NCBI GenBank assembly: GCA_963741095.1
Contig: CAVUGN010000005.1
Coordinates: 128,001 to 192,000, forward strand
Reading direction: 5' to 3'
Origin: an uncultured Candidatus Micrarchaeota archaeon
GTDB taxonomy: Archaea > Micrarchaeota > Micrarchaeia > Micrarchaeales > Micrarchaeaceae
DNA: 64,000 bases
Shown: positions 18,055-30,000 of the stretch, piece by piece
How the letters are laid out: each line of letters starts with the position of its first letter
Numbering within the stretch: the stretch's first letter is position 1
Notes under the pieces: generated by a model
Told to the model about the DNA's origin: nothing
What the model saw: the letters and a program-made list of their open reading frames with translations, nothing else
Databases searched by the model: none
Program-made: the position numbers and the translations under genes

Positions 18055-20828
18055 TTATCTCTCTACTGCATCATCGTCGCTTCTCCTTCTCCTGCTGTAG
18101 GCCAAGCCTAGGGCTATTGCAACCGCTATGGCTATCCCGGAGCCCAGAAGCGGGATCAGGGCGTTTGAGCTGGAACCGCTCGTAGAAGTGGTCGAGCTGA
18201 TGGTTGTAGTTGTAGTGGATACCGTTGACGTTGAGGTCGAAGTGGCCTGCGTGGGCTGCTGTGCCGTGGTGGAGCCGGTCGTGCCCGTAGGGATGACGGC
18301 CTGCAGAACCACCGGCTGGCCGTTGATGCGCAGGGTTATCACGTCCTCGTGCATTATCGCCAGGTAGGATATGTTGAGCAGTTCGACATAATATCCGAAT
18401 CCGGTGTTGTTGTAGATCTCCACTGTTGCGTTCGGCGTCAGCACCAACGATTGTCCGTTTATCGTCAGGCCTGCCGAGGTTGGCGTTATGTAGTTGACCT
18501 GTATGTCGAAGATCACGTTCTCCACGTTCAGGCTCTCGGTGTTGTAGTCCGAGAAGTTCAGTATGGTGAAGCCCGTCTGGTTGCCGTTGGTGTAAGGTAC
18601 AACCGTCGGTTTGAATGCTCCGCCGCCTCCGCCCCCACCGCCGCCGCCAACGCCCGTTGGCACTATGGTGGTCGTCGTTGCAGGTGGATTGACCGTCACC
18701 TCTGTCGATGCACCGGTGTTGAGCATGTAGTTTGGCGAGGTGCCCGTGTCCGTCGCCTGTATTTCATAATAGACGCTTGTTGATGGTGTGTCAGTGCAGG
18801 TCACTATCCCGCTGCTGACCACGCAGTTCTGCGTAGATGCAGGGGCAAAGGTTGTGCCATCAGTTGATACCAATAATTGGTACGTTATCGTTCCGGTGCC
18901 GCCTGAAGCGGCGTTGGCCGTCACGGTCTCCGTCTGGCCGTCGGTTATCGGCGATGTTATCTGTATGCCTGAAGGCGCAATGAGCGCGTTGTTGACCGTG
19001 ACCTTTGTCGACGGGCCGGTGTTGAGCATGTAGTTGGGCGATGTTCCCGTGTCCGTGGCCTGTATTTCATAATATGTTCCAGTTGAGGGTGCATTTGTGC
19101 ATGTCACGGTCGCGCCGCTGACAACGCAGTTCTGCGTTGATGCAGGAGCGAAAGTGATGCCGTTGCTGGACACGAGTAATTGGTATGTTATGGGACCAGT
19201 GCCACCAGAGGCAGCGTTGGCAGTCACGGTTTCAGTCTGGCCCGAATCTATTGGCGAGGTTATCGTTATGCCAGAAGGCGCTATGAACGCACCGCTGACC
19301 GTTACGACGCCCGTGTTCGATTGCGCGTTTCCGACCGAATCTGTGACCGTGAGGGTCACAGTGCACATGACGGCCGAAGTGGGCGTGAACATGACTGAGT
19401 TGGTGGTGCTTGACAGTGACGAGCATGCAGGGTCTGAACCGCTGCCGCTCCAGGCGTACTTGACGTATGAAGATGAACCGCCGCTGACACCAGCGTGAAG
19501 CGTGATCGTCTGGCCCAGATCTATTGTAGGGTCCAGTATCACGACAACGAGCGGAGGATAAACGGTCACTTGTGACGAAGGTGCACTGGTTGTCGTTACC
19601 GCGTTGGATGCTGAATCTGTTGCGGTTATCTCGTAGATGTAGTTGCCCGCCGTAGTCGGCGAGTATGTGCATTTTACGGATGATCCTGAGAGCGCGCACG
19701 CCGCGCCGGTTGAGGCGTAGCCGCTGCCGGAATTTGCCAGCAGGCTGTACGTTACCGGTGCGCTTCCGCCCGTCGCAGCATTCGCGACGACGTTCTCGAT
19801 CTGGTTAGCATCTATCGGCGTGTTTGCCGAGGTTATAGAAGGTGTGCCTAGTGCAGGATTTGCGGTGACAGAAGCTGTTCTCTGCGTTGAAGTCGCGCCC
19901 AGCGAGTCCTTCACGATGATCCCGTAGGTCTCGGTGGTTGTCGACGCAACAGTAGGCACGGTTATAGTGCATGTCGGAGAAGTTGTAGAACATGAGCCAG
20001 TGCCTAGACCAGACCATGTGTAAGTGTAAGGCGATGTCCCGCCAGTCGGAGACGCAGTCAGTGTCAGTGCCTGCCCGCTGTCGGATGTCGAAGCGGATGC
20101 GGACAGCGTGACCGTCGGAGACGGTGCGATTGTAGTTGTCGTAGGAACGGTTGTTGTTGGTACTGTTGTTGAGACCGTTGAAGTTGTCGTGGTTGGAATC
20201 GTTGTGGTTGTCGATACAGTCGTGGGTATTGTAGTTGTCGGCACGGTCGTTGTCGGTACGGTTGTTGTCGATACAGTTGTCGAGACCGTTGAAGTTGTCG
20301 TGGTTGGAATCGTTGTGGTTGTCGATACAGTCGTGGGTATTGTAGTTGTCGGCACGGTCGTTGTCGGTACGGTCGTTGTAGGTACCGTTGTCGATGCGGT
20401 GGTTGTCGAAACCGTCGAGGTTGTCGTGGTTGACACGGTGGTGGTTATCCCGCAGTGAGTGGGCATTGGATCCTGTGTGCAGCTTGATTCAGTGCCGCCC
20501 GCACAGGTGCAGTGGTGGGATCCGCATTGCGGGCTTGTGCCGCTGCAGAACCAGTTCCAGCAATTCTCGTAGCTGTCGGCACCGTAGCAAACGACTATGG
20601 TTGTCGTGGGAGCCGTGGTTGTTGACGCCGTAGATGTTGTGGTTGAAGTCGTTGTGGTCGGATACCGTAGTGGAGATTGTCGTCGGCCACCGTGGTGGTC
20701 GTGGTTGAGCCTCTGCAGGCGTACGCTGCCCCCATGAACAGCGAGATGAAAACCAGGACAGACAGTACAAGCCTTAAGGGCCCTGCCGAGTGTGCATGCT
20801 CATCGAAGTTTCGCTTTGAGAAATTCAT
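18055..20828 (-). CDS. Surface glycoprotein: signal peptide, Thr-rich stalks, 8-Cys module, Ig/PKD-like domains, shared C-terminal domain and TM-RRRR tail; two frameshifts near 20660 and 20686
   Basis: The signal MNFSKR...LVLSVLVFISLFMGAAYA starts at 20828. The frame of the 18055-20466 ORF stays open to about 20660. Confidence 0.75.
20130..20440 (-). repeat. Thr-rich coding repeats including a 111-bp direct duplication
   Basis: GAGACCGTTGAAGTTGTCGTGGTTGGAATC... occurs at 20171 and 20282. It encodes TTTVP/TTTIP units. Confidence 0.8.
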
Positions 20829-21030
20829 CAAAATCCCGGAATATTTAGGACAGCCATGATGGCTGCATTTTCTTGCACTACGACTCTCATTCAGGAGATA
20901 CTTATGCGTTTGCACCACGTTCGCGGATCGCCGAACATCGAGTAGTGCCTGGCGGCATGCCGGGACTTGACTCCCTACAGCAGCCTAGGGGAGGTTGGGA
21001 TCGGATAACCGCGATGTTGTGGTGGAGCGG

Positions 21031-24000
21031 TTACCTTCTTCTCCTCCTGTTGCCCCTGGAATAGGCTAGGCCTATCGCTATTGCGATCGCAATCGCAACT
21101 CCGCTTCCTACCAGCGGTATGAGGGAATTGCTTGGCGTAGTGCTGCTCTGCTGCACCGTTGTGGTGGACAGCACCGTTGTGGGCAGCGTCGTCGTTGCAG
21201 TTGTAGTTGCCGTGGTCTGCACGGTCGTTGCGGGAACCTGCGTGGTTATGAACGGCCCGTTGGGCTGCCCCCATATCACCAGCGTCATCACGTCCTCGTA
21301 CGCTATCGGCAGGTACGCTATGCTCGTTATGTTCGCATAGTAGGTGTATCCCGCAGGGTCGTCAAGCTTGGTGACGTTGCCGAGCTGCAGCGTGTAGTTG
21401 TGTCCGTTTATCGTAACTCCCGCGCTCGTAGGCGTCAGGAAGTGCACGACAATGGTGAACGTCTTGTTGTTTATGACGACCTGCTGCGTCTCGTAGTCCG
21501 TCAGGTTGATTATCGACCAGCCGGTCTCGTTGTTGTTCGAGTACGACAGCACGGTCGGCTTGAACGTTCCGCCGCCCGCTCCGCCTTCCGCGCCTCGCCG
21601 GTCGAGCCGCTGTTGCTTCCTCCGCCTCCGCCGCCACCGTTGCCGCCACCGTTGCCGCCTGAGCCGCCACCCCCGCTGCCAGATGGTACGCTTGTTACGG
21701 TTATTGACGCGATTGCACTGTTAGCAGTTTCAGGTGATGCTGCCGAGTTGTCTGTGACTCCGACATCGTAGCTGAATGATCCGAGAGCGTTTGTCGTGAA
21801 CGTGCATGTGTTGCCCGTGCACCCCGTCATCACCAGCGCGTTGCCAGAAGTTGTGTTGAAGAAGGTATACGTGAATGGCGCTGTGCCTCTGCTGACGCTT
21901 GCGGTCAGCGTCTCGCTATCTCCAGTCACCGGGCTGGCTGCGCTAGGCGCTATTGATACACCAAGTGTGTCGCTAACAATCACTGTTGCTATGTTTGACA
22001 CCGACATGCCGTTGTTCGAGTCGGTGATCATGACGTTGTAGGTGAATGTTCCAAGCGAGTTGGCAGGCGCAGAGTATGTCGATGCTGTTGCTCCGGTTAT
22101 CGCATTTCCAGAGGTCATGTTGTACCACTGGAAGGCGTAGGTGCCAGAGCCTGGGTTGACAACCACAGTGCTAAGGGTGAATGTCTGACCCAAGTCAACA
22201 TCCACATTTGTAGGTATTGTCACCGCAGGCAGTGCATATACAATCATGGTGTTGCTTAGCGTCTCGCACCCATTCGCTCCGGTGCACGCTCCGCCTGGGT
22301 TGCTTGTGCTGTCCCTGACTTCCACATAAACGTTGTCAGGCCCAACGCCGCTTGACGTAGCAGTGAACACAGCATTACTCGATTGCGAGCTTGTTGGTCC
22401 GTTGAACTGCTGGAACGCAGTCACGCTGTTGCTGTTGACAACGATGAAGTTGTACGTGTACGGTGGAGTTCCGCCATGTATGCTTGCGGTCAGCGTCGAT
22501 AGCTGGCCCACATCGATGGAGTTAGGTATTGCCGCGAACAACGATCCAAGAGCTTCATTTACCTTTATCGTGCTCTGGCTCGTGATGAAAGCGTAGTTGG
22601 GTGTCGTGCCCTCATCTATTATCGCAGCATTGTAGGTGAATGAGCCAATAGCTCCAGTCAGGAAGGATAACCCTCCGCTGCCGCCTGGGCTCAATATGAC
22701 TGTGCTGATGCCCGTTGGAACAGGTGTTATGCCAGACATATTGATTAGCTGGACATTGAAGGGCCCAGTGCCCCCATTTACGGTCAGCTGGTACGTTTCT
22801 ATCTCGCCGGAGTCAAGCACTGACAGAATCGGCGTGAATGTTGCAGTCGGAGCCGGGTTGACCTGAACGTTTAACGAAGCTGCTTGAGTATGCGAAGCAG
22901 AGTCCGTAACGCTTACCGAATACGGTTCGGTAGTAGGTACACTCGTCGTAGGCGATACTGGGCACACGTCTGTCGTGCTTGCAGTAGTTGTATCGCACAC
23001 TGATGCACCAGCACCAGTCCAGGTGTAGGTGTAGCTAGGCGAGCCGCTAATCGCAGTGGCCGTCAGCGTCTCGGTCTGGCCAGAATCTATCGCAGGCGAT
23101 GAGCCCATAAGCGTGACTCCGAACCCTCCAACAGTCACCGTAGAGATTGTAGAGTTTACTATGTAAGGTACCGTTGTGCCCGTATCGGTCACCCGCATCT
23201 TAAAGGACCATGTTCCTTTGCTGTGCTCGGGGTGGTCACGAATGTGTAGAGGTTGCAGCTTGTAGCTCCGGCTATTGACAAGAATGTCGGGCTGCCTGGC
23301 TGCTCGGAGAACCACTGGCACGCAAAGTTGGCAGGGTTACTGCCTCCGGTCGTCGAGCCCGTTAGGATAGAGGAGTTGCCTCCGATGAGCTGTATTGGGC
23401 TGGCGCTCGAGAATGCCAACAGCTGTTGGTAGACAGTCACTCCCTCTTGGTTGATTGCGCTAGCCATCTCTGGCAGGGCGTTGGAACTGTCTGTTACGAA
23501 TACCTGGAACTCCCAGTCTCCTATGGCAGTTGAGGTGTCTGTCTGGAACAGCGTCTGGGTTATGACTGAGCTTGATGTTTGCAGGCTACCTGGGATCGTT
23601 GTGTATGTTAGGTTTGCCGGATCTTCATTTGCCCAGTAAGTGACATATGGCGCCGTGCCCCCCACCACTGAAGATGATTCGACCGAAAGCTGTCCCTGGT
23701 CGACCAGCGAGTGGCTTGATGTCGGCGGTTTGACTGCAAGCGGTTTGTTGACGTTCAGCGTTGAAGAGCTCGACGCAGTTTCAGCTGGAGTTCCAGCAGA
23801 GGCATCGGTCACTGTGACCGAGACAGAGTACCCACTATGCACAGTGGTTGACGTTACTTTGCACGTAGTATCGGATGTACCGCAGCCTGCTGTCTTGGTA
23901 AGGCCCGCTGGTACAGCCCAAGCGTAGGTGTACGGCATTGTGCCTTCAGTCGCTACTGCGGTGTAGGTGTATGACTGACCATTGTCAATGTTTATCGGGG

Positions 24001-27000
24001 TCGGAAGCGGAGCCAGAGCCAGTTCTGGGTTGACCACGATGGTGGTTATAAGAACTGTTCACCTCGCCAGACTTGTCAGTCACTGTAATAAGCACATTGT
24101 ACACTCCAGCCTCAGAGAACATTAGGTGGTTGTTGCCTTGATCGAGTATCTTTCCGCCTTCCGGTTCAGGGCCGCTGGCTAGCGAGTAAGAGGAGAAGAT
24201 GTTGCTGCCAGTGCCTCCGCTTGTATGGTTTGTGAACACTGAGGCCTGATCGATGCTTATCGGTGTATTTACGATGAATGATGTGAATTCGAGTACAGGG
24301 GTCACTGTTATTTTAGTTGATGTAGAGTTGGTCTCTCCAGATGCGTCAGAAACGTCCAGCGTCACCGTGCATGTGCCCTCGCCCGTCTGATGGTTGAACT
24401 GGTATGTGTTGGCGATGGATTCATTCAGGACCGGTGTTCCGCACGACTCTGAGAATTCGTATCCGAATTCATTGCTGCCCGTACCTCCCGATGTGTTGTT
24501 CGTAAAGGTTATCCACTGTCCGCTGCTGATCAGGTTCTGACTTGGGGTCAGTGTTGATAGGTCAAGTGGAGGAGTGACTGCGAGTTGTTCACATGAGCTC
24601 GTGTAGTTGTTGTTGTTCGCATCGCCCGAGAACTTCGCGTCCCAGTAGTATGTTCCAGCTGTTGAGTAAGGAACCGAGCTTGATGGACCGTAGGTTCCAT
24701 CGCTGGATATGGATGGAACAGAGCTCACTGTGGCTTGGCCATCGGTGCAGGCAGAATCGGTGTACGTGTAGAACGTTATTGTGCCTTCGCCTGTTGGATC
24801 AGCCGTGCCCGAAAGCGTCGCGGAATCCGTCTCTGTTTGGTCCGCGCTGATCGTGCCGCTGAGCGTTGTGGAAAGTGTTGGAGATGCCTTGTTGACTGTT
24901 AGAGGCTCGCATGAGCTGGTTGCGGCGTTGTTGTTCGCATCGCCGTTGTACACCGCGGTCCAGGAGTATGGCCCTGCGCTGAATGCCACCTCGGATGAAG
25001 TGGCTGATCCGCTTACCAGAGTCACAGGATCTCCAGCCTGACCAGTTCCGCTGCAGTCAGGGGTTGTGTATGTGTAGAATGTCACTGTGCCCGTTGGGGA
25101 GGCTCCGCCGGTGACTGACGCCATGTCCGTATCGGTCTGACCTGCGGTTATCGGGTTAGTCGTGAGTGTGGTCCCTACAGTTGGTGTTGCTGGGTTGACT
25201 ACCAGCACCTCTGTGTTGCTGTTGGAGCCCAACATTGCAGGTTCGAACGCCGTAGTTGGGATTATGTTAAAGTCGCTCGGTGAGCCGGTTGCCCATGACA
25301 GGTCTATTCCAGACTGCGAGTCGCACGTCTGGTAGTAGTCGATTTCGATCGGGTACCAGCCCGATTCGGCGACTGTGACTGCGCCGGAATGAGTTGGGCT
25401 GTGCCCCTGAATTCCTATACCAAGCCCAGTTGGGTTGGTGTTGGCATCGTTCAGCACCAGGTCCGAAGCGGAGATGGTTGAGCTACCCGGATTGGTGTTT
25501 ATGAAGAGCTGGGACCCGTCGTCACTGTCAAGTTGGAAGTAGTAGGTGGTATCGCCATTAAGATGGATGTACCCAGTCCATTCGGTGCTGAATTCTACAT
25601 TATAGAAGTTAGTATCGCCAACATTGAATCCTGGAGAGGTTTCAACCCAGTAGAAGTCAGAGGCTGAAGCCCCGTGGGCAATGTTTGGATCTATTTCAGT
25701 TGCAGTAGGCGCAGTGCTAGCAAAGCTGGAGCTGCCCTCTGGCCAAGACGCTTCCGATTTGCAGCCTGATGTCCACCCTGGGGCGGGTAGCGGGCTACCA
25801 TAAAAGGATCCTTCCCAGAACGCAGCGTAGAGTCCGGAGCCCGTAAGCGGTGCCGAACTACACGCAGTCGTGTACCCGTTGTTGTTAGTGTTACCATCGT
25901 ATGATGCTTCCCAATAGTATGTTCCCGTAGTTGCCGGAGTGAAAGTATCAGATGTGGCTTGACCTAAACTTACAGACACCGAATCAGGACCAAAAGCAGG
26001 AGTCGTGCAGGAAGAATCTGAGTATGCAGTAAACGTTACGCTGCCTGTTGGATTATCGCCCCCTGACAGGGTGGCCGTGTCTGTTGCGGAGCTGCCGATT
26101 ATAATCGACCCATCTGATGAAACCTGCGTTGAGACAGTTGGTGATGCTTTGTTGACTGTTAGTATCTCACCTTCAACGCCACATGAAGTGGTGGAGCCAG
26201 CGTTGTTGATGTCACCAGTGTAGGATGCCTTCCAGTAGTATGCGCCTGCAGTTGCAGGAGTGAATGAATCAGAGGTGGCAGAGCCGCCGCTAACCGAAAC
26301 TGGTCCGCTGGTGAAGGCGCTGTCAGTACAGGCTTCGTCCGAATACGCAGTGAAGGTCACAGTTCCGCCCACGGTACCGTAACCGCCGGATATAGTTGCA
26401 GTATCAGTTGTAGAACCGCCTATTGTGAACGATGGTGACGCAAGTGACGTACCAACCGATGGTGTTGCCTGCGCGATTGTGAATGGTTCACATGAATAAC
26501 CGGATCCCGCGTAGTTTGAATCACCAGTGTAGGCGCTGGCCTCGTATGAGTATGGTCCTGCATTGAGGTCTGTCATTGAGGTGGACTGAGCGCCGAGTGA
26601 AACGCCCGTCTGTGTGCTGACTGGGGTGCCTTCACATGAGGCACCGTTGTACAGTGTGACTGTCAATGTTCCCGTCGGGGTGAAGCCTCCCACCTGTCCA
26701 GTTGCAGTAGCGGTGTCGTATACTGAGGCGCCAAGTGCCGGAGTGGTCGATGGACTGACTTCAGTACCAATGGTAAGAGTGCCCTGTTGTACCGTGAATG
26801 GTTCACATGAATAACCGGATCCCGCGTAGTTTGAATCACCAGTGTAGGCGCTGGCCTCGTATGAGTATGGTCCTGCATTGAGGTCTGTCATTGAGGTGGA
26901 CTGAGCGCCGAGTGAAACGCCCGTCTGTGTGCTGACTGGGGTGCCTTCACATGAGGCACCGTTGTACAGTGTGACTGTCAATGTTCCCGTCGGGGTGAAG

Positions 27001-30000
27001 CCTCCCACCTGTCCAGTTGCAGTAGCGGTGTCGTATACTGAGGCGCCAAGTGCCGGAGTGGTCGATGGACTGACTTCAGTACCAATGGTAAGAGTGCCCT
27101 GTTGTACCGTGAATGGTTCACATGAATAACCGGATCCCGCGTAGTTTGAATCACCAGTGTAGGCGCTGGCCTCGTATGAGTATGGTCCTGCATTGAGGTC
27201 TGTCATTGAGGTGGACTGAGCGCCGAGTGAAACGCCCGTCTGTGTGCTGACTGGGGTGCCTTCACATGAGGCACCGTTGTACAGTGTGACTGTCAATGTT
27301 CCCGTCGGGGTGAAGCCTCCCACCTGTCCAGTTGCAGTAGCGGTGTCGTATACTGAGGCGCCAAGTGCCGGAGTGGTCGATGGACTGACTTCAGTACCAA
27401 TGGTAAGAGTGCCCTGTTGTACCGTGAATGGTTCACATGAATAACCGGATCCCGCGTAGTTTGAATCACCAGTGTAGGCGCTGGCCTCGTATGAGTATGG
27501 TCCTGCATTGAGGTCTGTCATTGAGGTGGACTGAGCGCCGAGTGAAACGCCCGTCTGTGTGCTGACTGGGGTGCCTTCACATGAGGCACCGTTGTACAGT
27601 GTGACTGTCAATGTTCCCGTCGGGGTGAAGCCTCCCACCTGTCCAGTTGCAGTAGCGGTGTCGTATACTGAGGCGCCAAGTGCCGGAGTGGTCGATGGAC
27701 TGACTTCAGTACCAATGGTAAGAGTGCCCTGTTGTACCGTGAATGGTTCACATGAATAACCGGATCCCGCGTAGTTTGAATCACCAGTGTAGGCGCTGGC
27801 CTCGTATGAGTATGGTCCTGCATTGAGGTCTGTCATTGAGGTGGACTGAGCGCCGAGTGAAACGCCCGTCTGTGTGCTGACTGGGGTGCCTTCACATGAG
27901 GCACCGTTGTACAGTGTGACTGTCAATGTTCCCGTCGGGGTGAAGCCTCCCACCTGTCCAGTTGCAGTAGCGGTGTCGTATACTGAGGCGCCAAGTGCCG
28001 GAGTGGTCGATGGACTGACTTCAGTACCAATGGTAAGAGTGCCCTGTTGTACCGTGAATGGTTCACATGAATAACCGGATCCCGCGTAGTTTGAATCACC
28101 AGTGTAGGCGCTGGCCTCGTATGAGTATGGTCCTGCATTGAGGTCTGTCATTGAGGTGGACTGAGCGCCGAGTGAAACGCCCGTCTGTGTGCTGACTGGG
28201 GTGCCTTCACATGAGGCACCGTTGTACAGTGTGACTGTCAATGTTCCCGTCGGGGTGAAGCCTCCCACCTGTCCAGTTGCAGTAGCGGTGTCGTATACTG
28301 AGGCGCCAAGTGCCGGAGTGGTCGATGGACTGACTTCAGTACCAATGGTAAGAGTGCCCTGTTGTACCGTGAATGGTTCACATGAATAACCGGATCCCGC
28401 GTAGTTTGAATCACCAGTGTAGGCGCTGGCCTCGTATGAGTATGGTCCTGCATTGAGGTCTGTCATTGAGGTGGACTGAGCGCCGAGTGAAACGCCCGTC
28501 TGTGTGCTGACTGGGGTGCCTTCACATGAGGCACCGTTGTACAGTGTGACTGTCAATGTTCCCGTCGGGGTGAAGCCTCCCACCTGTCCAGTTGCAGTAG
28601 CGGTGTCGTATACTGAGGCGCCAAGTGCCGGAGTGGTCGATGGACTGACTTCAGTACCAATGGTAAGAGTGCCCTGTTGTACCGTGAATGGTTCACATGA
28701 ATAACCGGATCCCGCGTAGTTTGAATCACCAGTGTAGGCGCTGGCCTCGTATGAGTATGGTCCTGCATTGAGGTCTGTCATTGAGGTGGACTGAGCGCCG
28801 AGTGAAACGCCCGTCTGTGTGCTGACTGGGGTGCCTTCACATGAGGCACCGTTGTACAGTGTGACTGTCAATGTTCCCGTCGGGGTGAAGTCTCCCACCT
28901 GTCCAGTTGCAGTAGCGGTGTCGTATACTGAGGCGCCAAGTGCCGGAGTGGTCGATGGACTGACTTCAGTACCAATGGTAAGAGTGCCCTGTTGTACCGT
29001 GAATGGTTCACATGAACTTGGACCACTTGCAGCGTAGTTTGAATCGCCGCTGTATGATGCATAATAACTGTACGATCCTGCCGCGAGTGCCGCAGTGGTG
29101 GACGAAGCAGGAGCAGTGCCTCCAGACAGTTCAACGGACTGAGTCGTACCAGTATCACTGCATGCGCCGTTAGTGAAGTATGTGTATGTTACTATTCCAG
29201 TCGGTGTAACGCCTGCGACCGTTCCGCCAATGGTGGCCGTGTCGTACTCGGTTGAACCGAGTGTGAGAGACGATGAAGTACCGAGTGTCGTTGAGATTGA
29301 TGAAGATGTCTTGCCGACTACCAGTGTTTCGCATGAACTCGTTGCAGGGTTGTTGTTTGCGTCTCCGGCGAACTTTGCATTCCAGTAGTATGTGGTTGCG
29401 CTCAATGTGCCTGAGCTGGCTGATGTGTACGGGCCGCTTCCCGATCCGGTTGAAGAGATAGCCGCTGATTGGCCTTCTGTGCATTGAGAGTCAGTGTATG
29501 TGTAGAAAGTAACTGCGCCTGTCGGGCTAGTTGCGCCTGAAAGCGTTGCGGTGTCGGTGTCCGACATTCCGGCAGTTGGAGCCGTGTTAGTGAATGCTGT
29601 TGAGATTGTGGGCGATGCCATGCTCGGGGTGACTACCAGCGATTCGCATGCGCTCGTTACAGTTTTGCTGCCCCCGCCGCAATCGCCTCCTTCGCCGCTT
29701 GGGGTATATACCGCATCCCAATAGTATGTTCCTGGTGTCGAGTAGGTGACCGAAGTTGATGGACCGTAGGTCCCATCTCCAGATACGGACTTGGAGCCTT
29801 CTTTGGTTCCCGTTCCTTTGCAGGCAGAGGTGCCGAAATAATAGAATGCAACTGTGCCCTTCGGAGTTAATTGGCCAGAGATGATTGCCTGGTCGCTATC
29901 GCTGGTTCCCGTGGTTATCGGACTTGGGGTTGTGAATGAGGTTGTAAGCGTTGGTGATGTGGGTGCAGCGTTGGAGCCAATCTGCGCAGGGACGAAGACG

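Noticed and set aside
18700-19290. About 300-bp near-duplicate as a template/variable repeat pair of a diversity-generating retroelement
   Set aside because: Both copies are in-frame Ig-like domains of one CDS, the differences do not look adenine-specific, and no reverse transcriptase is present.
26479-29016. Possible CRISPR array, or real repeated 66- and 71-aa small ORFs
   Set aside because: The 315-bp units have no unique spacers and are in frame within the giant CDS. The small ORFs are alternative-frame shadows.
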